Of a stretch of 64,000 nucleotides of DNA, positions 21,020-34,390 are shown in pieces. Below the pieces are notes generated by a model. The model searched no databases. It was not told the origin of the DNA and saw only the letters and a program-made list of their open reading frames with translations. Within the stretch, counting starts at the first letter, position 1; each line of letters begins with the position of its first letter. The position numbers were made by a program, and so were the translations under genes. Source of the stretch: Zygnema circumcarinatum SAG 698-1b (Eukaryota > Plantae > Zygnematophyceae); the NCBI GenBank assembly GCA_037447605.1, contig CM074804.1, positions 6,425,909 to 6,489,908 of the forward strand. The letters run 5' to 3'.

Positions 21020-24000
21020 ATGGTTGACGCTCGTCATCTGGGAGGGGATGCTGGGAGCTTCCCGGCAGCCATGGCTGCCTCTCCAAGACGAGTCTATGAA
21101 GGAGGCAATGAAGGAGACGGCGATCTTCTTTTGGTGGAGCCCGTGCGTGGTTCCTGTCCAGACATGTGTCCTGGTTAGCGCCTTCACGCACGCTCTGGCT
21201 CACTTCTTGGCCTTTTGTAGACCAATCGGGAGTAGAATGTTCTCTTGAATTGCGGGATGCAATCAGCATTGGCACTAACGACTAGGAACAAATTTTGTGG
21301 ATTACAGAGCTATTTGTTCGTAGTTTCCCGTGTTTTTAATTTGTTTGCAAAAAGAAGAGCAACAGTATATGCAGCGGGAAATTGCGGATACCGTCATTGC
21401 ATGGCTTTCCGAAAGCGAGTAGGGAACATGACGTTGGACTGGATGTTTGGTTGAAGAAACATCCCGTCGTCTGTTTGGGCTTTCCAAAGACCTTTTGCAC
21501 GCCAAAAAATGCCAATTTTACTCTTTTCTAATGTGATCGTAATTGCGTGAAGTGAGCTAAAAGCATCATTCAGTCGTTATCTTATCAACAAACTCCAAGG
21601 CAACTTTGTTCGACATACTAATATTCGCCATCCTTGATTACGGGAAAGAAGCTGCCTTATTTAAGGCTTCAAGACCAATAAAGTTGTAATCCTGATTGGA
21701 ACAACTGTCGATGAAGTTGTTAGCTCTATTCTTGCCCTATAATTGCTTTATAAGTGACCTCGTTTGTAAGCCAATACCTTCCACTGTAGGCTTGGCTTGC
21801 TGCCTCCGATAGCTTTACCATCTCCTTGTCCAGTCCTATAGTAAGAAACTGCAAGCAATTAAATTGCAAAGCGCCAAGTCGTACAGCCTTCAAGGATGGT
21901 CGTTGCATAGCTCTGACAGCCCATGCACTTGTAGATAAGCGTGCAATTAAAAGCTGTCCCTCACCTCGTCTCTCTACCTTACCTCAGCTTTTTTAGGATG
22001 AATGTTGAGGCCATAGCTCCCATTTGCTTGTCCTTCACCTCCGCACAGATGCAATGGGCCGTTGAGGTGCAACGCTCATGGATTTGGGGCGTTTGCAGCA
22101 CATGAAAGGGATGCCCGGGAGCGCGATGGAGCACTGGATTCTTTTGAGCGCGTTGATGGGGATCGAAATCGAACCAGCACTAACTTGGCACTCAAGAAGG
22201 TCGTCCAATGCTTTCAATTAATCGAGTGCTATGTAAAGAGAACTAGGATACAATTCCGTCAATTCCGTACGTCTTTCTCTGTTTAACTGGAACACGTTTA
22301 GGGATTTGTTACTTCGATGAATGAATTCGCCGTTACGTCCATCTACTAGCTTGTGCAAAACATGGCAGATGATGATGGACCGCATTTACAGGGCTAGTTT
22401 GTGTGACTTAAATGGCTGATTTTGGATCCAAATGATTTTCTGTGGGTCTGCATCACAGTACACAAGAACTCCACAGCGATCAGCGGAATTCATACGGCCG
22501 CTGCCAATTCTAGAGCAGAGCATGGCCTATATGCGGTCGCTTCTTGATCGTCCATATGATGATGGAGAACTGTTGAGCCTTCATTCTTTCTTATGGGACC
22601 GCATGAGAGCTGTCCGAATGGATCTTCGGATGCAGCATTTATTTGGGCTCGAAGCCATTGCGATGCATGAACAGATGGTGAGACTTTCTCTTGCTTTCCA
22701 TGTTCACCGTTTTTTGTTCTCATTGCCTTGCGTTACCGTTGGCATGTACGATTTTCTTTAAGCCCCTTGCAACCCAGACCATCACAGGCCGAATGCCTTC
22801 ATGCTCTATTCCAGCACTGTATTTTCCATTTCAAGTTTCACCTTTATTTCCTCCCTTAATGTGCTGGGTGATTTGGCCATTGCCGCGTGGGCGCTAATAT
22901 CCTCCGTCTGGGCTTGTTGGAGGAAAGATTCGTTTCCATATCCTGGCCATGCATGAGCTTTGCGAGTACCCAACGGCAGAGGGCTTCGATGCGCATCTGA
23001 ACATCGAACAAATGAACAAGGCGAGCGTTGACCTGTTTGAGATGTATGACGACCACCGCAACAGAGGCGAGCCGGTGGCTACTGAGTCTGAATTTCGTGG
23101 CTATTACGCCCTTCTTAAGATCGACCAGCATCCTGGATTCAATGTGAGTGTGCATCTGTTTTCTCGTCATTCTCCAACGCTTCTGCCCAAATACTTTTTG
23201 CCTATTACCGTTTACTGCAGCAATCTGACTCCTTCACCATCTAGCATCTCCTAATGATTCCTCACCGTTTGATCATTCGCCAGGTTGAACCCGCTGAATT
23301 GGCCCGAGACCTCTCTCGCATGGCCCCCGAGATGCGCTCTTCTCCAGATGTCGTTTTTGCGCGGGAGGTTGCCAGGTTAGTTTTCTGTCCTCAGGTCTTT
23401 CTCTGGTCAGATTAGACAGCTTCATGGGAAGTATTATTGCATTAACACTTCTTTCGACATCTCGCTCTCATCTCTCTTTTTTGTACTGGTCTTCGTCGTT
23501 GTTTCTCATGTCGTCACTCTGAGCTTCGTTATACCCGCTTTCAATCGCTCGTTCAGTTTCTTCTGCTTGAGCGTCTATGTCGTTTAGTTCTCCTCCTTAC
23601 CTTCATCCTTATAATATATAGGAGAGTATTTTGTGTGGAGCTCTAAAAGTCAAGGCAATGATACCTACGATGTTAAGATGTAACATATAATCCTGGAGGT
23701 TCTGCTTTGAAAACATTTTTTGTTCTACTCACTCTGTGATTTTTCTTCCAACGTGCGCTGGAACAGAGCCACACGGTCTGGCAATTATGCCGCGTTCTTT
23801 CGTTTGGCTCAGAAAGCTACTTACTTGCAGGCGTGTCTCATGCACGCTCACTTTACCAAGGTGTGTCGATATCACCGTTTGTACTTTCCGGATTGATCTC
23901 CGAGTTGGTCAAAGGCTCAAAAGGCTCCACTCCTGATTTGAGTTTTGTTCGAGTCAATCAAGTTCAAGCAAAAACTGCCATCCAACTGCTGTATATTGGA

Positions 24001-27000
24001 CGCCGCCTAGTTGTGCTCGTTAGTGAACTATGTATCCGCTATGATTTCTTTTTCTAACTGTGTCCAGTTTCTGTCCCTATGTCTGCGCGGGGCTTACAGA
24101 GGAAATGACGGTGTGAGGGTGGAGCAGGTTCGTGTAGAGGCCCTTGCGGCATTAAGCGGTGGACTGGGTCCAATGCAGGTCATACCCATACGAGATATTG
24201 CGAGCACTCTTGCAATCGAGGTTGGTTTCCGAGTCATTTCTTTCAAGTCCTGCATATCATGGGCTTCAGCCAATGATGACTATGGAATCTGGTAAACAAC
24301 AAAGAATACTTCATGTGGTTCGCCAATGGTAAAGTTGCAACTCTTTGTTCTTGAACAAATAATGCAGATGCCAAGAATGCTGCATTTGAGGCAGTGATCA
24401 GCCCTTTATCTTGTTTCGGCATGGAGCAGGAAGAAAATGTTGAGAAGCTCCTTGAGTACCAAGGGCAGCAGGTGAAATTCTCTTCGGAGGACGGCCCACA
24501 TATTGTGAAGGAGCGGCGGGCAGCTGCAAAGCCACAACCAATAAGTCGCTCGTCCCTAGTAAAATCAAAGAGGTCTCAGCGGGTAGTGGCTGATGTGCTG
24601 GCAACGAGAAGGCCACTTCTAAGCCTAGTTTCCGTCAACCATTCTAATGCTTTGCCTTCACGTTCGGCTGCACCCTTGGGAGAGACATGGCTTCCGCGAG
24701 CTTCCACTATTTCCTCACAACGTCCTTCATTGCCAGCAGTTCGAATGGTTGAGTCAGCCCCACACGTTGCCTCTTGGCAGCTCCAAAGCACTTCACTGTT
24801 GTCTCCAGTCACTGCGCCAATGCAGCGAGGATTGGGCGCAATAGTTGATAAAGAGGAGAATTTTGATAAACAGGCAAAAAAAACGGGGCAAGCAAGGAAA
24901 GGAAACGACATTGAGCAACAGAAGGAACTAGAGAGGCAGAAGGAGAAGGGCAAGGAGATGTTTGTGAATGAGGAAGCAGGAAGGGACAGGGCAAGGGAGA
25001 ATGAAATAAGGCAGTTGGAGAGAGAAAAAGGTAAGGAGAGAGATGCCAAACGGAAGCAGGAGAAGGAGGAAGAGGCGAAGAAAAGGCAGGCAGCAGCAGC
25101 AGAGGTGGCAGCGACTGCCGAGCGTGCTGTCCAGAGAGAGAGGGTGGAGAAGGCTTTGGCTGAAGCTGAGGTAAAGCGGAGATCCCAGGAGGCTGCACGT
25201 TTGAGGCACAAGGCTGAAGCGGAGGCGGGCAAACTGCGGACCGTAATAAGGTCAGCTGCTGCTTTGAAATGTGCCCCAGGTTGTGGTGGCACTATAGTAG
25301 TTCTTGACGTACTTTCCAGGATAAACCATGGAGAACTGCTGATAAATTTTAAGGTCACCTTCGGCGACAAGTAAAAGTGGCTGTGCAAGTGGCTTTCTTT
25401 GTAGATAGACGGTTGATTTGGTAGTTATACTGCGAGAATGGGCGTTGCAGGAAGTGGCGCAAGCTGGTGATCAGAAGACCGCCCCCACTTGCTGCGTGGC
25501 AGTTAGAGGAGCAGGCTAAGCGTACAGCTCTGCAGCAGGATCAGAGAAAGAAGGCCATGTGGATGCCATTGGATGTGCCCGCAGTGGTTGGCCCCACCTT
25601 GCAGGCTGGTAGTCCAGGCACACTCTGTTTGTGCTGGAAGCTTTTGATATGCAGCCGCCGTCTGGACAGCACTTCAACTCAACAGAGGGTGAGTGAACCG
25701 ACACTGCTTTCGCAGTCAGGATTCAACTGCAAGGGGAGGTTTTAGGAGAGTCAATACACAAGAGGTGTTGCTGGATGACTATACTTATTTGTTGGTTTTA
25801 ATGATAGTTTGGAAGGTTACGCTTGTGTGCCGCAGATGGATGACCATAATACTATGCAACTGAGTAGGTGGCTTTGCGCAAAGGTTAAATCTGTAGGAGC
25901 CTCTGAAGAGTCGGGGAAGGATGTCTCAAGAACATTACCACGTGTAGCCACTTTGGCCAACTTCGCTGTCCCTATGATGGAATCGCACAATGGTGGGGAA
26001 GAGGAATCGAATCAACTGTGGTATGTTGCGAAAGAAGTGGGGTTTGAAGATACTGCGGCAGCAACTCCATCTGCGGCCCATGGTGCAGCTGCAATCCTTT
26101 TTGTAGTGGATGCAGGAAAGCCGTTGGCGGAGGAGAGGCAGAGGTTACACGCAGTGGTGAATTGCATTGCCTCTGGTTCAAAGGCAGCCCTCCTCATCTT
26201 TGCACCCAAGACATGCAAGGTAGAAAGGCTGGACAGTGTAAATAAAGCGCTTGTTACGGACATTGGTACAGGAAATGACGTCGATTTTTTTCCACCTCCG
26301 GAGAATGGGAGTGTTTTGGACACTAACTTTGATTTTCATCAGGGAAGACAAGAAGGGGCTCGTTTAGAATCTGAAACTTTGAGAGGGCAGAGGTCGAATG
26401 ATGATTCAGATATAGTGAAGCTGTTGGGTCGAGAGCTACAATTGGAAGCACTTGATAGGCAGCGGATAGGGGCGCACAAGCTGACTGTTGTGACAGTGTC
26501 ATATCAGGTAGCAAGCCTTGGCAGGGGCACAGCAGGGGCTACCCTATCGAGTTGCTTAGACGACAGTATCCTTATTGACGGGCTCAGATGGCTTGCGGAA
26601 AATTCTCCACATCAGCCAAACCTGCGAAGTCTTGAGCGGCGCGACCTGATTCTTGAGCGTTTCCATTTGGCACTTCAGCAGGTGGCAGCAGCTGACCCAA
26701 GGAATGTGCCGGTAGAGACTGTAGTTGACCTGCATAACTCGGCAGTGAGACAGGCGCAGAAGGATGTGCAGCTTGCACTTGCAAAGTGCACTACGAATTG
26801 GCCACCGCCTGAAATGCCTCCAAACAAGGCTGTGCAAAGGCTGCTACCACTTCGAGACTCTTTCAGCGAAGGTGGGGTTAAGGAGGCTGTTGACTCTTTC
26901 AGTCGCCTATTGCTTCCACCATTTTGTTTCGCACATGGACCTGGAGAAGTTATTGACCAACCATTTACAAGTCTGAGGGAGCAAGGAACAGCTCTTCGGC

Positions 27001-27770
27001 GGTCTTTAGGGGACTACTTGCGCTCCTTACACCCGCCTGCACCTGACTGGGTCGTGCAAGAGGAGGTGAAAAATCTTTTGGAGAACAGCTGCTCGGTCGT
27101 TTGGACAGGAAGGGAGCGCAAACTGGTACCTATGTGGGCTCGTGTGTTCGAAGGTCTCATCCATATGCGCCTTTCTCACGTTCTCAACGATCAACAGCGG
27201 CCCGTCTACATTCTACAGGGGAAGGCTGGGAAGGGGGAGCTGGAGAGGAGGGGCTCCAGCACTTTCATAGCCGCATTTGATCCAATCCCCCTCAGCCAAC
27301 TGCTGGCAGCAGAGGCTGATGAGGAGCTGCGAACTCACAACTTGCCGAGGTCTTCACAGCGAGAGACTGTGTGGGGCAATACGGAGAGCGCAGCTGAGCA
27401 TGGTGAGTGTGCTGCTGCGAGAAGCAGGGAGGCTACTGCGAGTGCGCCGTTGGAGTGCACGTCGACTGCGGGTCATGAGATTCATCTGACAGCTGGAAAG
27501 AGGAAATCGGGAACGACCATTGTGGGGTTCGAGAGGCCATACAAGCTGGCAAAGTCGGAGCCGATTGCTATGGCGCCTAAGAGGCGACCAATCATTTTCC
27601 AGCGGTCAAAAGAGAGCCATCGAGTATCTCAAATGGTTGAAAAGGTTAAGGCCATGTTGAGAAGAGTGCAGGCTGAAGTGGAAGCAGACCCAGACGTGTA
27701 TGCACAGCTGGACGTTGACAGACGGCGCCCTGTTCGTGAGGTTTTGGATTCTGTCCGCAGGAAGGCCTGA
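21020..27770 (+). CDS. SAC3B: SAC3/GANP family mRNA export factor (TREX-2 scaffold), SAC3B-like, about 10 exons
   Basis: GSCPDMCP|AHERDARERDGALDSFERVDGDRNRTSTNLALKK|YTRT...IRPLPIL...FLWDRMRAVRMDLRMQH...HEQM|IRFHILAMHELCEY...GFDAHLNIEQMNK...EFRGYYALLK...|VEPAEL...|...FFRLAQKATYLQACLMHAHF. A coiled coil follows, then the SAC3B C-terminal motif WMPLDV...CLCWKLLIC. Stop at 27770. Confidence 0.93.
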
Positions 27771-28337
27771 CGGCGGTGAGACAGTTGTCCTCGTCCTTTC
27801 GTCCATGGTGGGCATCTCTCAGTCATTCGTGACATCTCTCATTTTTTGAGTTTTTGAATATTGGTTCCCCTTTTTTCCATTAAGAAGTTTTGTGATTTTT
27901 CATGCAAGTGCGGACACAGGTCTGTAGTAGTTTGAAGATTTAACATGAGGTTTCTGTACAGCAGGATGACAAGCAATAGCTTGATCAAGTCTAGGATTTT
28001 TTTTGTATTTCTTTCTCTTCTTGGGCCACTCATTCATGTACATCCACTCAAAACACTGTGGAATGGACGCAGAGACTTACGTTTTAGCCAGCGCAAATCT
28101 TCAAAGCCTCTACAACCTCTGTAAATCTTCACAAAACCTTTACAAAAGTTTCCCTTCTTCTTTTTTCGATGGTTTTTCTCTTTTATTTATTGACCTGTTT
28201 GAATGGAGTGTGTTCTATGTCACATATCTTCAAGTCGTTTGCATTCGGGGATTTCAAACTTCGGAAAGTTTCATACTATTGGAATACGAAATCATTACAC
28301 GGTTTCCTGCTAAAGGTAGGAGTAACAACATATAGTA

Positions 28338-28604
28338 GGGGGTGTCAGACTTAAAAATTGTTCGTAAGTTTGAGACTAGAATGAGTACTTCGGTGACATC
28401 GCAATCCTGGAGCGACGGAGTACTTACAAAACTTTTTTGTTCGTAAGATTTCGTTAAGTCTGACACCCCCTAGTAGTGGGGTCAGACTTAAAAGTTGTTC
28501 GTAAGTTTGCGGTCAGAACGAGTACTCCGGTGTCATCGCAATCCTGCTGCGGCGTACTTCCGAAACATTCTTGTTCGTAAGCTTTCGTTAAGTATGACAC
28601 CCCC
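28338..28604. mobile_element. Two tandem copies of a MITE of about 130 bp (28338-28470 and about 28476-28604), TIR GGGGGTGTCAGACTTAA
   Basis: Copy 1 has a perfect 17-bp TIR flanked by TAGTA on both sides. Copy 2 is a diverged direct repeat ending TTAAGTATGACACCCCC. Confidence 0.85.
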
Positions 28605-28672
28605 TAGTGTCGTTTCAACACTATCTATCAAAGAAAAAAATGCCACATCGATTTTTTCAAGTCTGAAAGCCC

Positions 28673-29046
28673 TATAGCTCCGTATGTATCAAACGCGTGT
28701 ATTAATACACTGTATAATACATGCGTATTATACAACATTTAAAAATACAGTGTATTTTTAATGTATTTAACGTATTTATTTTATTTTCGTGCTTAGTTGA
28801 ACAAAGATTGATTATAATATTGAAATTCCAGCACTTGCCAAGTCACGTCACTTGCCAAACACTCAACAAGTGTGACTGGATCCGTACGTGTTGGTACACC
28901 CCTTCCGAACATAAGTTCCGTACGTATCTATGTTCCGGTTGTACGGCTGTTAACAGTTGCGTTAAGGTATTATACAGTGTATAATACAGTATTAATACTG
29001 TATTATACATTGTATCGAACCTCAAAGTGTATAATACGGAGCTATA
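28673..29046. mobile_element. hAT-type MITE, 374 bp
   Basis: 13-bp TIR TATAGCTCCGTAT/ATACGGAGCTATA, perfect 8-bp TSD GAAAGCCC (28665-28672 and 29047-29054), and subterminal GTATTATAC/GTATAATAC repeats. Confidence 0.9.
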
Positions 29047-29296
29047 GAAAGCCCTGACTGTATATTTATTCAAAAATTATTGCGGACCCGTCTTTCACCG
29101 CTCCCACCCAAACGTCGCAGCATGAAAAACCCACTTTGAAGAACTTGCAATGCTTTATAGGGGTCAGAAATAAATACAACAATCAAATACAGCTAAAGTA
29201 CAACTGCTATTTCTACTCTGTCCACAGCTACGGCTTCTCTAAGTACTCAGTAACGCTAAACTATTGCCGAGGTATCTCAGTAACGCTACACAACTA

Positions 29297-31515
29297 CTAT
29301 TGCCGAGGGATCGTGATAATGGGTGGCCTAAAAAAGTAGCCATAGAACACTTGTTTCCACAAGTAGATAGGAAAAGCGAACAGCCCCAAACCAAGAACAA
29401 GAAACCCTAAGTTCACATAGAGGTAGTTTCCACCAAAAAAGTGAATAGTTAAGGACTCCAAGAAGAACTCAAGCGAGACAGCAAATGCTCCCGTGACTCG
29501 CACGAGACCATAGAGCTTACCAAAATTTACAAACCCGAAAATTCGGCCTATGTATGCAGCCATCCCTCCAAAAACGAACGGCCTCAAACTGGAATAAAGG
29601 ACGAAAGAAACCACCTGCAAATCCGGCAGGAAAACTAAACAAGTTGGCAGTGGAAACTAAAATTGGTGTGCGTCAGTTTTCAAACATTTATGTTAGACAT
29701 GAAGACTAATAATTGAAGCAAGGGGCATACCTCCTTCGAAAGGGAGACAAGAAAGTTTACCTGCACCTGCACGGGTAAAAACTGCAAGCAGTTGACTGTG
29801 CAGAAGAGGAGGTGGAGAGTGGCGATGACGAGGAATGTGGGCACAAAGCCAAGCTCCACCATGACGTAGCCAACAATAGGAATCATCATAATGCCGCCAG
29901 GTGGCAGCATGATGTTGAACAGAGCTGAATAGAAGGTAGCAGCTGCGATGGCTGAGTTGGGATCACCTATACAGCGAGTAACAGTGTATAGTGAGGTCAG
30001 AGCACTGGAAAGCCGGAAATGGAGGAGTGTGTAACAAGTGCAAAAACACAAGACAATGAGACAGTGCAATGCTTAACGGCTAACTGCATACATGGTGTCT
30101 TGTCTTCAAGAAAGCCGTTTTGAGATATGCCTACCTGGATGCTGCCGGCTGGCCACATAGAGCAACTGCGAGTACAGCGTCTCAATGTAATAATTCACTC
30201 GCAACACCACAAACGCAGTGAAAACTGCCATCGTCCAAAAAATTGGTGATGAAATCTGCACTAAAAAGGACGTGTTGTAGATGCGAGGAGGTCCATCGTC
30301 GAAAAGAAACGAACGACGCCGTCGGTACAAAGGCGTGGCATGCGCCTCTTCGTCAATGCTTTTCCCCAGAAGAGGCTCCTCCAATGACGATGAATGATTC
30401 ATACTCGTGCCATTATGAAGGCTCCCTTTCGACAGTACAGAATCTGGATATTCTGCACTGTATCCCTCCACATCTGCTGGATATTTTGCTTCTGATGCCA
30501 GGGTTAGTGTCCATACCCTCTGCAACTCGCCGCTAAATCGAGGAGTCCCTCCCTCCTCTCCGTCTTCCAATATCTGGTCTCCACCATTCCCAGAAACCTT
30601 TCCGTGGCTTCCTCCACTAGCAGACGCACTGAAGGGCTCATCAGGGAAAAGAAACAGGCTTGTAAAGAAGATCGTTGTAGGCAATAGAGTGTATGCAAGA
30701 AACACCGTCTTGAAGGAGACTGCGTACGTGCTGATGATCCAGCTGAAAACTGTCAGTATAACGGTGGAAGAGTTAAAGCCGGTGCTCAATGCCCCGATGA
30801 TTGCTGAGGACTGAAAAGGAAAAAGCTCCCCAAAACTATAGGTCGAATTGAAGATGCAAGGCCCTCCCACAGCCATCACAAAGAAGCCCCAATAGTAGAG
30901 AGAGTCGCCAAACTCCTGCGCGAAGGCGACAAGCGCAAGCCCTGATCCAAGGAGGAGCGACCCGAGACAAATGGTGATTCTGGGTCCAAAGCCATCCAGG
31001 AACAGACCCACAAAGAAAGCGCAGCCAGAGCTGGTAGTTGCTCCAACGGTGTACATCAATGAGAGGGCGCTCGCTTGTGCAGGGCAGGGCAGGGCATCCA
31101 CAGCCGTATCAGGAGGACATAAGCTTACAAACGCTTTCACATCATACACCAGGACGCTGAAGATTCCAGAATAACCGAACACCACGCCTGCACACCCAGT
31201 TACTTCCATGCTGTTCGTGTTAGCTGTTTGCAGGCACACAGGCTGTTGGCTACACAAGTAAGGCCGCAACAATGAAAAATGGCAAGTGCAGACGTAAAGG
31301 AGAATAGAAATCTGAAACATCCTTGACAGACATGTTAGGCTTGGTCCTGGAAACTAGTTCTACTATCGTAGAATCTGGGAAAGCCCTCTGCGTAGAGAAT
31401 GAGTCTTCCTATAAGCACCTGAGGCTGTGATAGAGTAGATGAGGGCGAGGCTGACAAGTAGGACGCGAAGTGCATACGGCTCCCCTCCCGGCACTCGGCG
31501 AGAAAACAAAGCCAT
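29297..31515 (-). CDS. MFS transporter, FMP42/SLC43 (LAT3/4)-like, 4 coding exons
   Basis: Approximate exons: 31419-31515, 30135-31187, 29761-29967, 29297-29613. Motifs GVVFGYSG, C..Q...LSLMYTVG, GLFLDGFGPR, FGELFP..SS.IIG.LS.GFNSS, LRVNYYI and FGFVNFGKLYGL, with multiple hydrophobic helices. Confidence 0.85.
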
Positions 31516-33329
31516 CTGGGATGTGGATATGTTTTACACCTCCACTCTTAGAATCTCTGCTCACCCTCCAACCGAATGGGCATTAATTGAAGAACTGCGA
31601 CACAGGTTTCCTGACCAAATACTTCACGATAAACTGAGGAAACATCATAAGACCGATGCTGACATCACAATGAGCATGAAAAACTTTTCTTATTGATGTT
31701 AGCAACGACATTAGACCTTTGTGAACAAGAATGACTCAAGGCCATTCGCCCCTTCAACAGCAACAGGGAGGCACCCACCAGGGCACGTCAGCTTGACCAC
31801 AAAGCAACCATGAACAAAGAACCCTAGATGAAAAAGTAAGCTGCACGCATCCGTTCGTTCTGCAAATGAGATTCTGCTCTTTCAGAGATAGGATCACCAA
31901 AAAGCTGCGCTTGCTGTCTTTGGACTACTTCAACATATATAGCTTCAGAAAGCTCTAACGAGAGCAGAAATGGATTGAGGCAAATACTGTTATATTTTTA
32001 ACTTTACAGGATGCTAATCATCCCTTCTGATTACACTCTACATCTTGTAACCTCTTGTGCCGTCCCACCTCTATAACTCACGTGCCCTTTACCACCCTTT
32101 GACCCTTATTGTCCGTACGCATCTAAGTGTTGGATTAAACTTTACTATGACAGACTCCAGACCATTCTATTTCCAAGGAAAATCCATTGCCAGATGGCCA
32201 CAAGATATACCGAGGTACTATGCTCCTCTCCGCAAACACCGCGAGCTGGCAGACCATGTCAGCAGGTGAGGCTTCCCATGAGCCAGGTGTCCAGCCCATG
32301 ATGAGACACGTGGCAGCCTCCTCTGGAACCCTGCCTCCCATGAGCGACCACATGGCTCTTCCATAGAACACCAGTGAGCTCGCAGAACTGCCCAGGCGGG
32401 CGCAACATCCGCGAACAGAAAGCGACAGAACGAGAAAATCAACAGCAGACTGCGCTATTGAGGCCGCTATGGACTCTCTCATGCTCCACAACGTCCTGCA
32501 CTGCTATTAACCTGCTGTTGCAAGGGAGGCTTTCCTGCCGGCTTTGAGGGATGCGCCGCAGGAAGGACTTCCATAAGTAACTAGCAGATACTGAAGAAGA
32601 AACAAAGCAGAAATGGACGGCTACCTCTCCTCCTCCATCTCATAATTGTTTCTGCAAATGGACCAAAGCGCTTACCAAATCCTTGTGTGCGCACACCAGA
32701 GCTCGAAGATGCTTGACGCAAAATAAAAGCGGCAAAGACAGGAAGCACGTGACGGCAGCGCCTGCAGCACGCCCGCAGGAGGCAGCAGCAGCGAGCAAGG
32801 CAGGGCTGTCGCCTCCTCCCCCTCTCCCGCTCCCTCTCCCTCTCCCCCTCACTCCCTCTCCCTCCCTCCCTGCCCCGCGCGGAGAGGGCGCGAGCGGGGC
32901 CTGGAAAGTGCACCGACCGGCGCGCGGGGGCGGGGGGTCCTGGGCGGCGCCCTCTCCGCGTGCGCCACGTGGCGGGCGAGCCAACCATAACGCGACGCCG
33001 CTGCCCATCGCCGGAGGATGGCCTCGCTCGAGGGCGGCGGCCGCGGACGGGTGCAGTGCCACGTGGCCCACTCGCAGCCACTTCTCGTGAGTGAGAATCC
33101 ACGTGGCAGCGCGGGAGTGGCTGCGCCGTGGCGTGTGCGTGCATTGCGTGCGGAAGGGCAGGCAGGGAGGCCACTCGGCCGGGCGTAGGCGTAAGCGTAG
33201 GTCTGACGGCGCGCGGCTCGAGCAGCGAAGGGCGTTTGGTTTGGTCCGCGCTTCGCTCGTTCAGTTGGGCCCTTCACGGCGGAGGGGTCCTCTGTGCGGG
33301 AAGTGGGGGAGAGACGGGATGTAACATTC

Positions 33330-33900
33330 ATCTCGCGATGGCGATGGTGCCATCAGAAGTGCGTGGACAAAGTCAGCATGGGGAACCACGAGGAACTGGC
33401 CGCAAAGGACCTAAGCACAAAAGAACAGAGCGAGGAGCGGAAAGCTCCGCCTAGGCCCAACACCGCTTCAAGCCCTCCCTCGAAGCAGCCGATCGATGTG
33501 CGACACATCACATCGCGCGGAGGGAGGGAGGGAGGGAGAGAGGGAGGGAGGGAGGGAGAGAGGGAGGGAGGGAGGGAGAGAGGGAGGGAGGGAGGGAAGG
33601 AGGGAGGGAGGGAAGGCCACCGACACGCACCGTCACCAACAACCGCGGCAATGCCAATTCAAGATTCTTTTCCACTTATGTGCCCATTTTGCCCCCCCGC
33701 CATCGTGAGATCAATGCCACATCTTTCTTTGGGACTGAATGGCAGGAAATGGTGGCATTGATCACACGAAGCATTGATTTCTGAATGGCAGGGTTTTCAT
33801 AGCCTTTTCCTATTGTCCTTAGGTCTTTTGCGACCAGTTCCTCGTGGCCCCCCATGATGCTCTTGATCTTGACATTTGATGGCGTCGCCATCGTGAGATC
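33330..33900. mobile_element. Foldback/MITE-like element with diverged terminal inverted repeats of about 90 bp
   Basis: 33330-33420 (ATCTCGCGATGGCG...CCACGAGGAACTGGCCGCAAAGGACCTAAG) is the reverse complement, with mismatches, of 33812-33900. An internal GCCATCGTGAGATC copy lies at about 33700. No TSD was found. Confidence 0.7.
33519..33614. repeat. (GGGA)n purine microsatellite
   Basis: Directly visible. Confidence 0.95.
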
Positions 33901-34183
33901 ATTTAGCCTCATCATTCCCTCGAATGGCAGGGCCATCGTTAGGTATTCAATAAAATTTGAGACTTATGGAGAGCGAGAGAGTCTCAATTACCGTATATAG
34001 TGCATACAGCGTAGACCCCTGGATGATGTGCGCGGGACAAGACGCGAGTTGCGAGGTAGTGAACCATCCCCAAGTCGCCCAGGTCGCCGCCCGTTTCGCA
34101 GCAGGCACTACGCTCAAGTACCAACCTAATAATCGCTCGATGGAGAATTTGATTTTCCCAGAATCCTTGGCCCAATAATACCA

Positions 34184-34244
34184 GTATGTATGTATGTATG
34201 TATGTATGTATGTACGTATGTATGTATGTATGTATGTATGTATG
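34184..34244. repeat. (TATG)n microsatellite
   Basis: About 15 copies are directly visible. Confidence 0.95.
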
Positions 34245-34390
34245 CAGGAAGATAGATGACGATCCCGCAGTTTCGCACTCATCAATCCGACGGTCTGCAC
34301 ATGGCCACCACTCCCTCGCTGCAATCTCGTTCGCATGCGCATCCAACGTTGGCAAATCATCTCGAGCCGATGACCATGTACAAGACCCGG

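Noticed and set aside
28338-29046. Clustered repeats considered as a CRISPR-like array
   Set aside because: The context is eukaryotic, and the repeats resolve into MITEs with TIRs and TSDs and no repeat-spacer periodicity.
32581-33761. Many overlapping ORFs of 100-200 aa
   Set aside because: These are stop-poor, GC-rich promoter and microsatellite sequence with no domain signal.
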